Origin: Planctomycetota bacterium
GTDB taxonomy: Bacteria > Planctomycetota > UBA1135 > UBA2386
Assembly (NCBI GenBank): GCA_965228735.1
Contig: OZ245838.1
Location: 3,680,001-3,744,000, forward strand
Length of the DNA: 64,000 bases
Direction: 5' to 3'
The notes below the pieces were generated by a model. It made no database searches and was not told the origin of the DNA. It saw only the letters and a list, made by a program, of their open reading frames with translations. The first letter of the stretch is position 1; each line of letters starts with the position of its first letter. Both the position numbers and the translations under genes were made by a program. This document shows, piece by piece, positions 19,794 to 30,207 of the stretch.

Positions 19794-20792
19794 ATGTCAC
19801 GCCCCAAGATCATCATCGGCGGCCGCCGCTTCGACCCCAGCAGGTTGAAAGCGCTGCGCTGGCTGCCGCTCCTTCTCCTCGTACCGATCCTCGGCCTGCT
19901 CTCGGTCTTCACCGTCGAGGCCGAATCGGTCGGCGTCGTGCTGCGCTTCGGCGCCTACAGCGACACGGTCGAACCCGGACTGCACTTCAAGGTGCCGTTC
20001 GTCGATCAGGTCCTCGAGGTGCCCGTGCAACGCCGGCTCAAGCTCGAGTTCGGGGGTGCAACGAGCCCCGACCCCTCCAATCGCTTCCAGCGCAGCAACC
20101 CGCGCGAGCGCGACCTCGAGAGCAGCATGGTGACGGGCGACCTCAACGCCGCGGTCGTCGAGTGGGTCGTGCAGTACCACATCAACGAGGACCCGCGCGA
20201 CTTCCTGTTCCAGGTGCGCGACCCGGAGTTGACGTTGCGCGACCTCAGCGAAGCCGCGATGCGCGAGGTCGTCGGTGACCGGACGATCGACGAGGTCATC
20301 ACCGTCGGTCGGCAGGAGATCGAGACCGCCGCCCGCGATCGCCTGCGCGAGCTCACGAAGGACTACCAGCTCGGCGTCGCGATCGAGGAGCTGCAGCTCA
20401 AGAACGTCAACCCGCCGGCCGCCGTGCGCGACTCGTTCAACGAGGTCAACCAGGCCGAGCAGGACCGCGAGAACATGATCAACGTCGCGCGCGGCGAGTA
20501 CAACAAGGTCGTGCCGCGCGCCAAGGGCGAGGCCGAGCAGAAGATCAGCGAGGCCGAGGGCTACAAGCTCAAGCGCATCAACGAGGCGCAGGGTGACGCC
20601 GGCGCGTTCCAGGCCGTGCTCAAGGAGTACCTGAAGGCGCCGGAGGCGACCAAGACGCGCCTCTACCTCGAGACGATGGCCGACGTGCTGCCGCAGCTGG
20701 CTGGCACCTGGATCGTCGACAGCAAGGTCACGCAGATCGTCCCGATGCTGCAGGGCATCGGCGGCAAGGCGAACTCGGGAGGTGGAGAATGA
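19794..20792 (+). CDS. hflK: FtsH protease modulator HflK
   Basis: TM then GVVLRFG, PGLHFKVP, MVTGDLN, VRDSFNEVNQAEQD, VPRAKGEA, TRLYLETM. Confidence 0.93.
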   Translation: MSRPKIIIGGRRFDPSRLKALRWLPLLLLVPILGLLSVFTVEAESVGVVLRFGAYSDTVEPGLHFKVPFVDQVLEVPVQRRLKLEFGGATSPDPSNRFQRSNPRERDLESSMVTGDLNAAVVEWVVQYHINEDPRDFLFQVRDPELTLRDLSEAAMREVVGDRTIDEVITVGRQEIETAARDRLRELTKDYQLGVAIEELQLKNVNPPAAVRDSFNEVNQAEQDRENMINVARGEYNKVVPRAKGEAEQKISEAEGYKLKRINEAQGDAGAFQAVLKEYLKAPEATKTRLYLETMADVLPQLAGTWIVDSKVTQIVPMLQGIGGKANSGGGE

Positions 20793-21730
20793 AACTCGGC
20801 GCGATCCTCGGGCTCCTCGTAGCCCTCGTTCTCGTCATCGTGCTGGGCAGCGGGCTCTACACCGTGCACCAGACCGAGACCGTCATCCTGACGCAGTTCG
20901 GCGCGCCGGTCGGCGAACCCGTCAGCGAACCCGGGCTGCACTGGAAGACGCCGTTCGTCCAGGAAGTGAACCGCCTCGAGAAGCGGATCCTCGCGTTCGA
21001 CGCCGAGGCCACGACGGTGTCGACGAAGGAGAAGACCTTCATCGAAATCGACACGTTCGGCCGCTGGCGCATCGGCGACCCGGCGACCTACTTCGTCAAG
21101 CTCAAGACCGAGCGGCGCGCGTTGTCGCGACTGGAGGACATCATCGGCAGTGAGGTCCGGTCCGCCGTCGCGAGCCACGAGCTCATCGAGGTGATCCGCA
21201 GCGACAAGGACCGCAAGGTGCCGGAGAACCTCGTCGGCCAGGTCGGCATGAACATGACCCTGCGCGAGGCCGAGCGCGGCCGGCTCGCGATCCTCGAGGA
21301 CGTCCTCGCGGCGTCGAAGCCCAAGCTCGCGCCGCTCGGCATCGAGCTGCTCGATGTCCGCATCAAGCGGATCAACTACAACCAGCGCGTGCTGCCCAAC
21401 ATCCACAAGCGCATGCAGAGCGAGCGCGAGCAGATCGCGCAGCGCTTCCGCAGTGAAGGTGAGGGCGAACGCGCGAGCATCCTCGGCGAGAAGGAGCGCG
21501 AGCTCCTCCGAATCCAGTCGACGGCCTACAAGCAAGAGCAGCAGCTGCGCGGCGAAGGCGACGCCGAGGCCACGCGGATCTACGCGGAGGCTTACAACCA
21601 GAGTCCGGAGGCGCGCGAGTTCTATCGCTTTCTCAAGACGATGGAGACCTACACGGAAGTGCTCGCGGGGACCAACCTCGTGCTGTCGACCGACAGCGAG
21701 CTGTTCCGCCTGTTCCAGTCGATGAACTGA
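20789..21730 (+). CDS. hflC: FtsH protease modulator HflC
   Basis: PGLHWKTPF, DVRIKRI, RMQSEREQIAQRFRSEGE, EFYRFLKTMETY. Overlaps hflK. Confidence 0.93.
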   Translation: MKLGAILGLLVALVLVIVLGSGLYTVHQTETVILTQFGAPVGEPVSEPGLHWKTPFVQEVNRLEKRILAFDAEATTVSTKEKTFIEIDTFGRWRIGDPATYFVKLKTERRALSRLEDIIGSEVRSAVASHELIEVIRSDKDRKVPENLVGQVGMNMTLREAERGRLAILEDVLAASKPKLAPLGIELLDVRIKRINYNQRVLPNIHKRMQSEREQIAQRFRSEGEGERASILGEKERELLRIQSTAYKQEQQLRGEGDAEATRIYAEAYNQSPEAREFYRFLKTMETYTEVLAGTNLVLSTDSELFRLFQSMN

Positions 21731-21782
21731 AATATCGGAGATCCCGCGAGACCCTGACGGAGCGCTCGCGATTGCCCGGGGA

Positions 21783-21808
21783 GCGAGGCGGCACCTGCGC
21801 CGCCTCGC
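21783..21808. other. Perfect 10-bp GC hairpin between hflC and the protease gene
   Basis: GCGAGGCGGC-ACCTGC-GCCGCCTCGC. No U-tract, so a terminator role is uncertain. Confidence 0.4.
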
Positions 21809-21853
21809 CTGAATCCGTTCCCCGAACCGGCGCAATCCGTCCGGCGCAATTCG

Positions 21854-24800
21854 ATGATCCGCAACCTCGCGGCCCTGGCCGCCCTCTCCGTCCTCGTCTC
21901 CGCACCGCTGCCGGCGCAGGCCGCACCCGCGCCGTCCCACCGCGCTCCGACCGCCTCGGAGCAGGCCTACCAGCGCTTCCTCGGCGCGGCCGGCGGCCAA
22001 TGGCAGGCCCGCTGGTGCCGCGCGACCGGCACCCCGAGCGCGATCTTCGGCACCGGCCTCCAGCTCGAACGCGGCCGCGGCACGACGCTCGCGAGTGCGC
22101 GTGAAGCCGCGCTCGAGCTGCTCGACGAACGGGCCGAACTGCTCGGAACGGGCGAATCCGAGTTCCGCGAGAGCGTCGGCCAGCCGATGGGCTGGACGTT
22201 CTGCTTCGTCTTCGATCAGTTCTTCCGCGGGCTGCCGGTGATCGGCGGCCGCGCCGACGTGCGCGTCAATCGCCGCGGCCGCATCGCGATGTTCGGCAGT
22301 CGCGCGTGGCCGATTCCGGCGGACTTCGACACGACGCCGGTCCTCGACGAGACGATGGCGACGGCGCTCGCGTGGCAGGCGCTCGACCGCGTGCCGCCGC
22401 AGAACGAGCAGCCCGGCAACGAGCGCGCCCCGCGCCTCGTGATCTGGGGTGACGTGCACGCCGAAGCCCTTGCGCCGCTCCATCTCGCCTGGGAAGTCCC
22501 CGTCGCCGCGATCGACGCGAACGGTCAGGGCCCGGCCGGCCGCTACTACGTGGACGCCAGGACCGGCGCGATCCTGGCTTTCGAGAACGACAAGCACGAG
22601 TGCGGCGTGCCCGGCTGCACACTCACGACGCCGCACGAGAACCACTCGGCACGCTCGCCGACGGCGCCGGCCGTCGACACGACGTGCGTCGTGCAGGCCT
22701 GGACCCGCCTCGGCACGAGCGCGCTCGAGCCGCTGACCCTGACGCGTCTGCCCGACGTGCAGGTCACCGTGCCCGGCAAGGGCGTCTACACGACGGACGA
22801 GAACGGCGAGTTCATCGTGCCCCTGACCAGCTCGGTGAGCGTCACGGTCGAACTCGAGGGCCGACACACCGAACTCGTCGACGGCGGCAACCGCCCTACC
22901 AAGACGCACGTCGTGTTCCCGGGGCAGACGCGCTACTTCACGTTCCTCTACCCGAGCTCACCGTCGACGCACGCCGCCCACCCGACGACCTACTACTGGA
23001 CGACGCTCAGCAACCGGTTCGCCCGCGAGTATCTCGGCGGCACGCCGCAGCTCGCGGCCCTCGACAACATCGAGCCGACCGTCAACCTCAACAACACCTG
23101 CAACGCCTACTACTACAACAACACGATCAACTTCTACGTCGCCGGCAACGGCTGCAACAACACGGCGTTCTCGTCGGTCGTCGCCCACGAGTGGGGCCAC
23201 GGGCTCGACGCGCAGTACGGCGGCGTCTCGCAGCTGCAGGGCCTCGGCGAGGGCTGGGCCGACGTCATCGCGATGTATCTGCTCGGCAGCCCGCTCGTCG
23301 GCGAGGACTTCCAGACCGGGCAGGTGCTGCGCGACGGCACCAACACGGTGCAGTATCCGACGAGCGGCGGCGTGCACCACCAGGGCAAGACGTGGATGGG
23401 CTTCGCTTGGAAGTTCCGCGAGCGCATGATCGCGACCCTCGGCAACAGCCGGCCCACGATCGTCGCAACGAACGGCATCGTGATCGACTCGATCGTCGCC
23501 AACGCGACCAACCAGCCCGACGCGCTGCTCGAGGTGTTCCTGGCCGACGACGACGACGGCAACCTGCTCAACGGCACACCGCACGACAGCCAGCTGACGT
23601 GGGCCGCCAACCAGCACAGCCTGCCGCTGCCGACCGTCGGCGCGCCGCCCAACGACCTGTGCATCGGCGCCCTGCCGCTGCAGAACGGCGTCAACGGCCC
23701 GTTCCGCAACACGGGCGCCAACAGCTCGGCCGCCTGGCCCTGCCCCAACATCGGCCAGGACGTCTGGTTCTCGTACGAGGCCGGCGTCGCGGGCACGCTC
23801 ACGGTGCAGACCTGCGGTCTCGCCAACTTCGACACCGCGATCGAGATCCTGTCCGGCAGCAACTGCACGGGCTTCACCTCGCTCGGCTGCAACGACGACT
23901 CCGCGTGCGGCAACGAGTCGCTGCTCACGGTGCCGGTCACCGCGGGCACCTACTACGTCCGCGTCGGCGGCAACGGCGCGGCGGCCGGCGAGTTCAGTCT
24001 CGCGGTGAACGGGCCGCCGTCCGCGCAGGCGACGAGCACGCCGTACGGCACCGGGTGCTACGCGACGTCGCGGAGCTTCTACCAGTACTTCGGCGACGTC
24101 TCCGAGTTCGACCTCGACGGCCGATCGTTGCGGCTGCGCTTCCAGGGCGACCACTACACGGCCGAGCCCGGCGGCCCCTTCGTCGCGCCGCCGGCAGGCG
24201 CGTTCGCTCTGCCGCTGAGCAACACGACACCGGAAGCGACGGTCAACCTGCCGGGCGGGCTGCTCTACCCAGGTGGCGTGACGCCGCGCGTGCGAGTGCA
24301 CCGTGACGGCTTCGTGTCGGCCCAGCCCGGCAACGCCGCCGCGACGCCGTCGCCACAGGCCTGGCTGAACTCGCAGACCGCCCGCTGGGGGTCGTGGAGC
24401 CACTTCTGGACCCCGGCGTCCGCGGTCGGCGACGTGTTCGTCCATTCGCAGAACGGGGTGCAGTACATCACGTGGCACCGGATGTACGCGTTCCTTTCGT
24501 TGCTCGACGAGTCCACGTTCCAGATCCAGATCGACACCAACACCGAGGACGTGACGATCGTCTGGCAGGCGATGAACCCGTCCTACGGCGAGACGCTCGT
24601 CGGCTTCGCGGCCGCGGGCCCGTCGAAGGACACGGGCGACGTCGACATCTCATCGCGTCTCGGGAGCAGCTTCCGCACGTGGCCGACCGACAGCGAGCCG
24701 CTCACGCTGACGTCGACCGTTCCGCAGATCGGCAGCAGCCTGACGTTCACGACCACGGAATACCGCGCGAACTCGGCACTCGGATTCCAGCTGCTCAGCT

Positions 24801-25048
24801 TCGTGCGACTCAACCGCGGGCCGAGCCTCGCGCCGTTCGGCATGCCGGGTTGCTACCAGCACGTCGGCCCGACGGTCTCGGCCGCGATGGTGCCGGTCAA
24901 CGGCACCAGCCACTACAGCATGGCCGTGCCGTTCGACCCGAGCTTCGTCGGCCTGCCGATCAACGGCCAGACGATCGCGTTCGCGCCGGGCGCGAATGCC
25001 GCGGGCCTGATCACGAGCAACGGCGTCACGGCGTTCGTCGGACTGTGA
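21854..25048 (+). CDS. Secreted thermolysin/fungalysin-like (M4/M36) zinc metalloprotease with propeptide and C-terminal beta domains
   Basis: Signal peptide; FTP/PepSY-like propeptide (FDQFFRGLPVIGG; YYVDARTGAIL); CNAYY; VVAHEWGHG; GLGEGWAD; PPC-like domain (DVWFSY, GTYYVRVGG). Confidence 0.85.
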   Translation: MIRNLAALAALSVLVSAPLPAQAAPAPSHRAPTASEQAYQRFLGAAGGQWQARWCRATGTPSAIFGTGLQLERGRGTTLASAREAALELLDERAELLGTGESEFRESVGQPMGWTFCFVFDQFFRGLPVIGGRADVRVNRRGRIAMFGSRAWPIPADFDTTPVLDETMATALAWQALDRVPPQNEQPGNERAPRLVIWGDVHAEALAPLHLAWEVPVAAIDANGQGPAGRYYVDARTGAILAFENDKHECGVPGCTLTTPHENHSARSPTAPAVDTTCVVQAWTRLGTSALEPLTLTRLPDVQVTVPGKGVYTTDENGEFIVPLTSSVSVTVELEGRHTELVDGGNRPTKTHVVFPGQTRYFTFLYPSSPSTHAAHPTTYYWTTLSNRFAREYLGGTPQLAALDNIEPTVNLNNTCNAYYYNNTINFYVAGNGCNNTAFSSVVAHEWGHGLDAQYGGVSQLQGLGEGWADVIAMYLLGSPLVGEDFQTGQVLRDGTNTVQYPTSGGVHHQGKTWMGFAWKFRERMIATLGNSRPTIVATNGIVIDSIVANATNQPDALLEVFLADDDDGNLLNGTPHDSQLTWAANQHSLPLPTVGAPPNDLCIGALPLQNGVNGPFRNTGANSSAAWPCPNIGQDVWFSYEAGVAGTLTVQTCGLANFDTAIEILSGSNCTGFTSLGCNDDSACGNESLLTVPVTAGTYYVRVGGNGAAAGEFSLAVNGPPSAQATSTPYGTGCYATSRSFYQYFGDVSEFDLDGRSLRLRFQGDHYTAEPGGPFVAPPAGAFALPLSNTTPEATVNLPGGLLYPGGVTPRVRVHRDGFVSAQPGNAAATPSPQAWLNSQTARWGSWSHFWTPASAVGDVFVHSQNGVQYITWHRMYAFLSLLDESTFQIQIDTNTEDVTIVWQAMNPSYGETLVGFAAAGPSKDTGDVDISSRLGSSFRTWPTDSEPLTLTSTVPQIGSSLTFTTTEYRANSALGFQLLSFVRLNRGPSLAPFGMPGCYQHVGPTVSAAMVPVNGTSHYSMAVPFDPSFVGLPINGQTIAFAPGANAAGLITSNGVTAFVGL

Positions 25049-25062
25049 TCGACGCGGCGTCT

Positions 25063-25683
25063 TCAACACTGACTGCCGTCCGCCACGTCGAGGCGGGCGG
25101 CGAGATCGGCCAGCGCCCGATGCAGCAGGTTGCGCACGGCGGCCTCGGTGCGGTCCATCGCCTGCGCGACATCGGCGCGCGACAGGCCGACGACGCGCGA
25201 GAGCAGGATCACCTCGGCGTAGTCGGGGGTGAGTTCTTCGAACGCGCTGGCCAGCTGTTCGAAGCGTTCGCGGCCGATGGCGACCCCCGACGGCGTGGCA
25301 GCCGCGGCGAACGGGTCGACGAACTCCGCGGGACCCGCCTCGCCGTCGCCGGCACCGTTCGTCGTCGGCGAGCGCTCGCGGCGCACGTCACGCCGCTCCG
25401 CGGTGTGGCGCCGGTGCTTGTCGAGGATCTTGCGCAGCGCCGTCGCGAACAACCAATGCCGGAAGCCACCCTCGCCGCCGAACCGGAACTCGGCCTGATG
25501 CTGCAACACCTCGCGACAGACCGACTGCACGACGTCCGACTCGGCCTCGCGGGCGCGCACGATCGGCCCGGCCTTGAGGCGCACGTACGCCCGCAGGCTC
25601 GGCAGGTGCCGGACGAGCAGCTCGTCGATCGCGCCGGCGTCACCGCGCGAGGCCTCGAGGCCGAGATCGTGGCTGGAACGCAT
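25063..25683 (-). CDS. ECF sigma factor (kinase-associated type)
   Basis: HLPSLRAYVRL, ESDVVQSV, FRHWL...KILD, EVILLSRVVGLSRADVA...AVRNLLHRAL. Confidence 0.9.
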   Translation of the reverse strand: MRSSHDLGLEASRGDAGAIDELLVRHLPSLRAYVRLKAGPIVRAREAESDVVQSVCREVLQHQAEFRFGGEGGFRHWLFATALRKILDKHRRHTAERRDVRRERSPTTNGAGDGEAGPAEFVDPFAAAATPSGVAIGRERFEQLASAFEELTPDYAEVILLSRVVGLSRADVAQAMDRTEAAVRNLLHRALADLAARLDVADGSQC

Positions 25684-25741
25684 CGTCGCTATTCGACCCT
25701 ACCACACGGACCCGGACCGGCGACAATGCCAGAACCCGACC

Positions 25742-28552
25742 ATGAGTGAACGCTCGGATCCCGCGGACGCGAACTTCAACGACCTCGTGGTCGAATGCCT
25801 CGCCGCGATCGAGGATTCGGGCCCCGGCGCGATCGAGGAGCTCTGCACCCGCCACCCCGAGCACGCGGCCGCCCTGCGACGCCGGCTCGACGCGCTCGCC
25901 GACACCGGCCTGCTCGAGGAGCCGGACGCCGCGCGGCCGCGGCCGGAGCGCTTCGGCGAGTACGAGGTGCTCGACGAGCTCGGCCACGGGGGCATGGGCG
26001 TCGTCTACCGCGCCCGCCAGATCGGGCTCGACCGCGAGGTCGCGATCAAGACCATCCGCCCCGAGCTGCTCGCTTCGGAGGGCGCGCGCCGGCGGTTCCG
26101 CCGCGAGATCGCGACCGTCGCCAAGCTGTCGCACCCTGGCATCGTTCCGGTCTACGCGTCGGGCGAGCAGGACGGGCTGCCGTGGTTCGCGATGGAGCAG
26201 ATCACGGGAACGTCGATGGACTACGTGCTCGAGCACGCGGGCGCCCCACCCAGTTCGCCGCCGAAGAACAGCGCGCCGCCGGGGGCCGAGGTTCGCAAAT
26301 GGGTCGAAGCCTGCAGCTCCGGCCGCGAGGTCGAGAACCCCGAGGCGCCGCTGTTCACGGGCAACGGCCTCGAGGTCACGGTCACGATCGGCTGTGAGAT
26401 CGCCGCAGCGCTCGATCACGCCCACCGCGCCGGCGTACTCCATCGTGACATCAAGCCGTCCAACGTCCTGCTCGGCACCGACGGGCACGCGCGCCTCGTC
26501 GACTTCGGCCTCGCGCGCGACCAGAGCGGCGCGGAGAGCGTCGAGCTGACCCGCTCCGGCGCGCTCGTCGGGTCGCTCCCGTACATGGCGCCCGAGCAGG
26601 TCCGCGGTGAGCCCGCCGACCGCCGCACCGACGTCTACGGCCTCGCCGCGACCCTGCTCACGTGGTTCACCGACCAAGCGCCGTTCCCCGAACGCACCGA
26701 GGCCGAGCTGCGCGCGGCGATCCTCTCGGGCCGGCCGCTCGGGCTCGCGCGCCGCGCACCGCGCATGCCCGCGGACCTCGTCGTCGTGCTCGAGAAGGGG
26801 CTCGACCCGGACCCCGAGCGGCGCTACCCGACCGCAGGCGACCTCGCGCGCGACCTCGTCGCCGTCGTCGAGCGCCGACCGATCAGCGCGCGCCCGGCGA
26901 GCATGGCGCGCCGGGTGCAGCGCTTCGCGCGCCATCGCCCCGCCACGACTCTCGGGCTCGCGGTCGCCATGATCCTGCTGATCGCGATCCCCATCGCGCT
27001 GCTGATCGTCAACAGCCAGATCCGCGGCGCGCTCGATCGGGCCGAGGCACGATTCGACGATGCCCGCCACGCAATCGTGGACCTCGCGGCGCGCGTCGGC
27101 GACGAGGCCCTCCGTGACGTGCCGGGCGCGGGGCCCATTCGTCTCGACGTTCTCGAACGTTCGCTCGCGCTCTTTCAGAACCTGCTGGCCGAGCGACCGG
27201 ACGACCCGGAGCTTCGCCTGCAGCAGGCGAGGTTGCAGCGCCAGACCGCGAAAGTGCTCAGTGAGCTCGGGCGCGGCGACGACGCCACCGCGATGACCGA
27301 CACCGCAGAATCGACGATGCGGGCGCTGCTCGACGAGCCCCGCCACGGCGCCGACTCGCTCGCGACCGATGCGGCGCTCGACCTCGCGGACCTGCTGATC
27401 TCGCGCACGACCGCGCGCGACGCGCCCGTGCTCGAGTTGCTCACCGAAGCCGAAACACTGCTCGACCAGGCCGCGAGCACGGCTGCCCCGACCCAGACGG
27501 GCCCGATTCTCGAGATGCGACGCCAGCTGCTCCACAACCGCGCCAACACGCTGCACAACAACCAGGAGGCCGCTGCCGCGCTGGCCGCGTCGAACGCCGA
27601 GGTCGAGACGGCGGATGAGTGGGTGAAGCTGGCTCCGACGCTGCCAGCGGCGCAGTTCGCGAAGGGCTCGGCGCTCTCGCTGCGGTCGATGCTGCACCAC
27701 GACGAGAAGCGAGACGAGCCGGCCGAGCGTGATGCGGCGGCCGCGACGCGGCTGCTCGAGGAGGTCGTCGCCGCCGCGCCGCGCCCGATCCACCGCGCGC
27801 GGCTCGGCCTGCACCTGATGAACCAGGCGCACCGGCACTATCAGAGCGCGCGGTACGAGCGCGCCGAGGAGTGCGCCGAGCGGGCCGTCGAGCAGTTCGA
27901 GGCGGTCACGCGCGAACAGCCGTATCGCCGTGACTGGCAGCGGCAGCTCGCGAAGGCCAACGAGGCCGTCGGCCTCGCGTTGGCCGGCAAAGAGCGCACC
28001 GACGAAGCGGTGACCTGGTTCGCGCGCAGCGCCGCCGCACTCGAGAACCTGCTCGAGTTCGACCCTTTGGACCGCCAGGTCGCGCTGCGGCTCGGCCTCT
28101 CGCACTACAACTGCGGGGTCGCGTTCCTCGAACTGGACCGACGCGTCGAGGCGCGGCCCCACGCCGCGCGTGCCCGCGAGCTGTTCGCCGCGGGCGCGGC
28201 GGCGGGTTCGCGCGGCGCCGCCCGCTTCGAGGTCTATGCCGCGCTGATCGATGACCGCGCCCGCGCGACCGCGGCCGCCACGCCGTCGCCAGCCGCGCTG
28301 GCCTCGCCGGTGGTCGAAAGGCAGTCGCAGGACGCCGAAGCGTGGTTCTTCCTCGCGATCTCCCATGCGGACCTCGCGGGGCTCGCAGCGAGTTCGGAGC
28401 ACGGCGACGCCGCGATCGCGAGCTTGCAGCGCGCGGTCGAACTCGGCTTCCGGCGCGGCGATCGCGTCGATTCGACCGCGCAGTTCGACAGCGTGCGCGA
28501 CCGCGACGAGTTCCGGACGTTGCGCGCGCGAATGGACGAGGCGGGCAAGTAG
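25742..28552 (+). CDS. Hanks-type Ser/Thr protein kinase with TM segment and TPR-like C-terminus
   Basis: LGHGGMGVVY, VAIK, HRDIKPSN, DFGLA, GSLPYMAPEQ, DVYGL; TM LGLAVAMILLIAIPIALLIV; helical repeats. Confidence 0.95.
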   Translation: MSERSDPADANFNDLVVECLAAIEDSGPGAIEELCTRHPEHAAALRRRLDALADTGLLEEPDAARPRPERFGEYEVLDELGHGGMGVVYRARQIGLDREVAIKTIRPELLASEGARRRFRREIATVAKLSHPGIVPVYASGEQDGLPWFAMEQITGTSMDYVLEHAGAPPSSPPKNSAPPGAEVRKWVEACSSGREVENPEAPLFTGNGLEVTVTIGCEIAAALDHAHRAGVLHRDIKPSNVLLGTDGHARLVDFGLARDQSGAESVELTRSGALVGSLPYMAPEQVRGEPADRRTDVYGLAATLLTWFTDQAPFPERTEAELRAAILSGRPLGLARRAPRMPADLVVVLEKGLDPDPERRYPTAGDLARDLVAVVERRPISARPASMARRVQRFARHRPATTLGLAVAMILLIAIPIALLIVNSQIRGALDRAEARFDDARHAIVDLAARVGDEALRDVPGAGPIRLDVLERSLALFQNLLAERPDDPELRLQQARLQRQTAKVLSELGRGDDATAMTDTAESTMRALLDEPRHGADSLATDAALDLADLLISRTTARDAPVLELLTEAETLLDQAASTAAPTQTGPILEMRRQLLHNRANTLHNNQEAAAALAASNAEVETADEWVKLAPTLPAAQFAKGSALSLRSMLHHDEKRDEPAERDAAAATRLLEEVVAAAPRPIHRARLGLHLMNQAHRHYQSARYERAEECAERAVEQFEAVTREQPYRRDWQRQLAKANEAVGLALAGKERTDEAVTWFARSAAALENLLEFDPLDRQVALRLGLSHYNCGVAFLELDRRVEARPHAARARELFAAGAAAGSRGAARFEVYAALIDDRARATAAATPSPAALASPVVERQSQDAEAWFFLAISHADLAGLAASSEHGDAAIASLQRAVELGFRRGDRVDSTAQFDSVRDRDEFRTLRARMDEAGK

Positions 28553-28574
28553 GTCGGGCGTAGCATCGCGGCCC

Positions 28575-29489
28575 ATGGACCGCCGCCGCTTCCTCGTCTC
28601 CGGCGCTGCTGCTGCCGCCGCCGTCTCGACGGCCAGCACCGCCACTGTCGCGAACACCGCGCCCCCTCGCGGCGAACCGTTCCGCACGCTGTTCGCGCCG
28701 CACTTCGGGATGTTTCGCAATCACGCGAAGGACCCGATCGACCAGCTGCAGTTCGCCCACGACGAAGGGTTCCGCGCCTGGGAGGACAACGGCATGCCGC
28801 GCCGCGAGCGCGCGATGCAGGACAAGATCGCGGCGAAGATGTCCGCGCTCGGAATCACGATGGGCGTGTTCGTCGCCCACGGCGACTTCCAGAAGCCGAC
28901 GTTCGCGTCCGGCAGGAAGCAGCACCGCGACCGTGTCCTGCAGGACATCGAGCAGGCCTGCGAGCTCGCCCAGCGCGTCAACGCGAAGTGGTGCACCGTC
29001 GTGCCCGGCGCGATCGACCCGCGCCTGGACGCGGGCTACCAGCGCGCCAATACGACCGACCTGCTGAAGCGCTGCTGCGAGGTCATCGAGAAGAACGGCG
29101 TCGATCTCACGATGGTGCTCGAGCCGCTCAACTTCCGCGACCACCCCGGCCTGTTCCTGACCAAGATCGCCGATGGCTTCGATCTCTGCCGCAACGTCGG
29201 CAGCCCGCACTGCAAGATCCTCAACGACCTCTACCACCAGCAGATCACCGAGGGCAACCTGATCCCCAACATCGACCGCGCGTGGGCCGAGATCCCGTAC
29301 TACCAGGTCGGGGACAACCCGGGCCGCAAGGAGCCGGGCACGGGGGAGATCAACTACGAGAACGTCTTCGCCCACCTCTGGCGCAAGGGCTTCCGCGGCG
29401 TCGTCGGCATGGAGCACGGCAACGAGCACCCCGGCAAGGACGGCGAGCGCCGGCTCATCGACGCGTATCGCGCCGTCGACGTTTCGTAG
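28575..29489 (+). CDS. Tat-exported hydroxypyruvate isomerase / xylose-isomerase-like TIM-barrel protein
   Basis: MDRRRFL Tat motif; VLEPLN, DLYHQQITEGN, QVGDNPGRKEPGTGEINY, GMEH. Confidence 0.85.
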   Translation: MDRRRFLVSGAAAAAAVSTASTATVANTAPPRGEPFRTLFAPHFGMFRNHAKDPIDQLQFAHDEGFRAWEDNGMPRRERAMQDKIAAKMSALGITMGVFVAHGDFQKPTFASGRKQHRDRVLQDIEQACELAQRVNAKWCTVVPGAIDPRLDAGYQRANTTDLLKRCCEVIEKNGVDLTMVLEPLNFRDHPGLFLTKIADGFDLCRNVGSPHCKILNDLYHQQITEGNLIPNIDRAWAEIPYYQVGDNPGRKEPGTGEINYENVFAHLWRKGFRGVVGMEHGNEHPGKDGERRLIDAYRAVDVS

Positions 29490-30207
29490 CAGGCCGTCGA
29501 TGGGCGGCAGCGGCAAGCGCCGCGGGCAACGCGGCCACGATCGCGGCGCGCACGCTCCGCCACGCACTCGCGGGCCCGAGCGGGAAGCGCTGCGACACTT
29601 CGAGTTCGATGCCGATGTAGCGCTCCGCATCGAACGTGCGCCGCAGGGTGCGCGTCAGGCCGTCCGCGGTGCCGCGATAGGGCTGATTGCGGCGCAGGTG
29701 CAGATCAGGCGCGAGCCCCGCGAGTTCGGCGAGCCAGGCCTTCGCGACCGCGACCTCACCCGATCGAGCCGGGTCGTAGAGCAGTCCGACATCGACGGTG
29801 CGGGGAACGCCATCCCAGATCGGCGTGAACGAATGCACCGAGACGTGCACGACGGCCGCGTGCCGGCGCAGCAGCCGCGTAACCCGGTCTTCGACGGCCG
29901 CGCGCGGCGGCTGCCAGTAGCGCTCGATCGCGAGCTCGCGGTCGGCGGGATCGAGGCCGCGCGACCACTCCGAGAACAGCTGGCGATGACCGCGCGAACG
30001 GTTGGCGTCGACCAGGAGCCGCGAGGCTCGGGCCTCGACCAACGGCGCCCCGTGCACCCGCGCGAGCTCGCGGGCCAGCTGCCGCGCGCCGATATCGCTG
30101 CCGCGGTGCGACGCCAGCGCCCGGTCGGCGCCCCGGAACACCGGCCGGAACCGGGCGGGGATCGCCGCAGTGGCGTGCTCGCACGACACCACGAGTCCGA
30201 CGGTCAC
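29455..30207 (-). CDS. N-formylglutamate amidohydrolase family protein
   Basis: VVSCEHA, H..SDIGA, SRLLVDANR, HVSVHSFTP, DVGLLYDP, NQPYRG, GIELEV. Confidence 0.9.
   Translation of the reverse strand: MTVGLVVSCEHATAAIPARFRPVFRGADRALASHRGSDIGARQLARELARVHGAPLVEARASRLLVDANRSRGHRQLFSEWSRGLDPADRELAIERYWQPPRAAVEDRVTRLLRRHAAVVHVSVHSFTPIWDGVPRTVDVGLLYDPARSGEVAVAKAWLAELAGLAPDLHLRRNQPYRGTADGLTRTLRRTFDAERYIGIELEVSQRFPLGPASAWRSVRAAIVAALPAALAAAAHRRPATKRRRRDTRR

Noticed and set aside
25063..25068. TGT-TGA (Cys-Sec?) at the end of the ECF gene
   Set aside because: The sigma domain is already complete and read-through runs into the convergent protease gene; ordinary stop.
25640..28720. 1026-aa minus-strand ORF (likewise 46943..49663, 20663..22909, 11666..13678)
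   Set aside because: Antisense shadows of well-supported genes.
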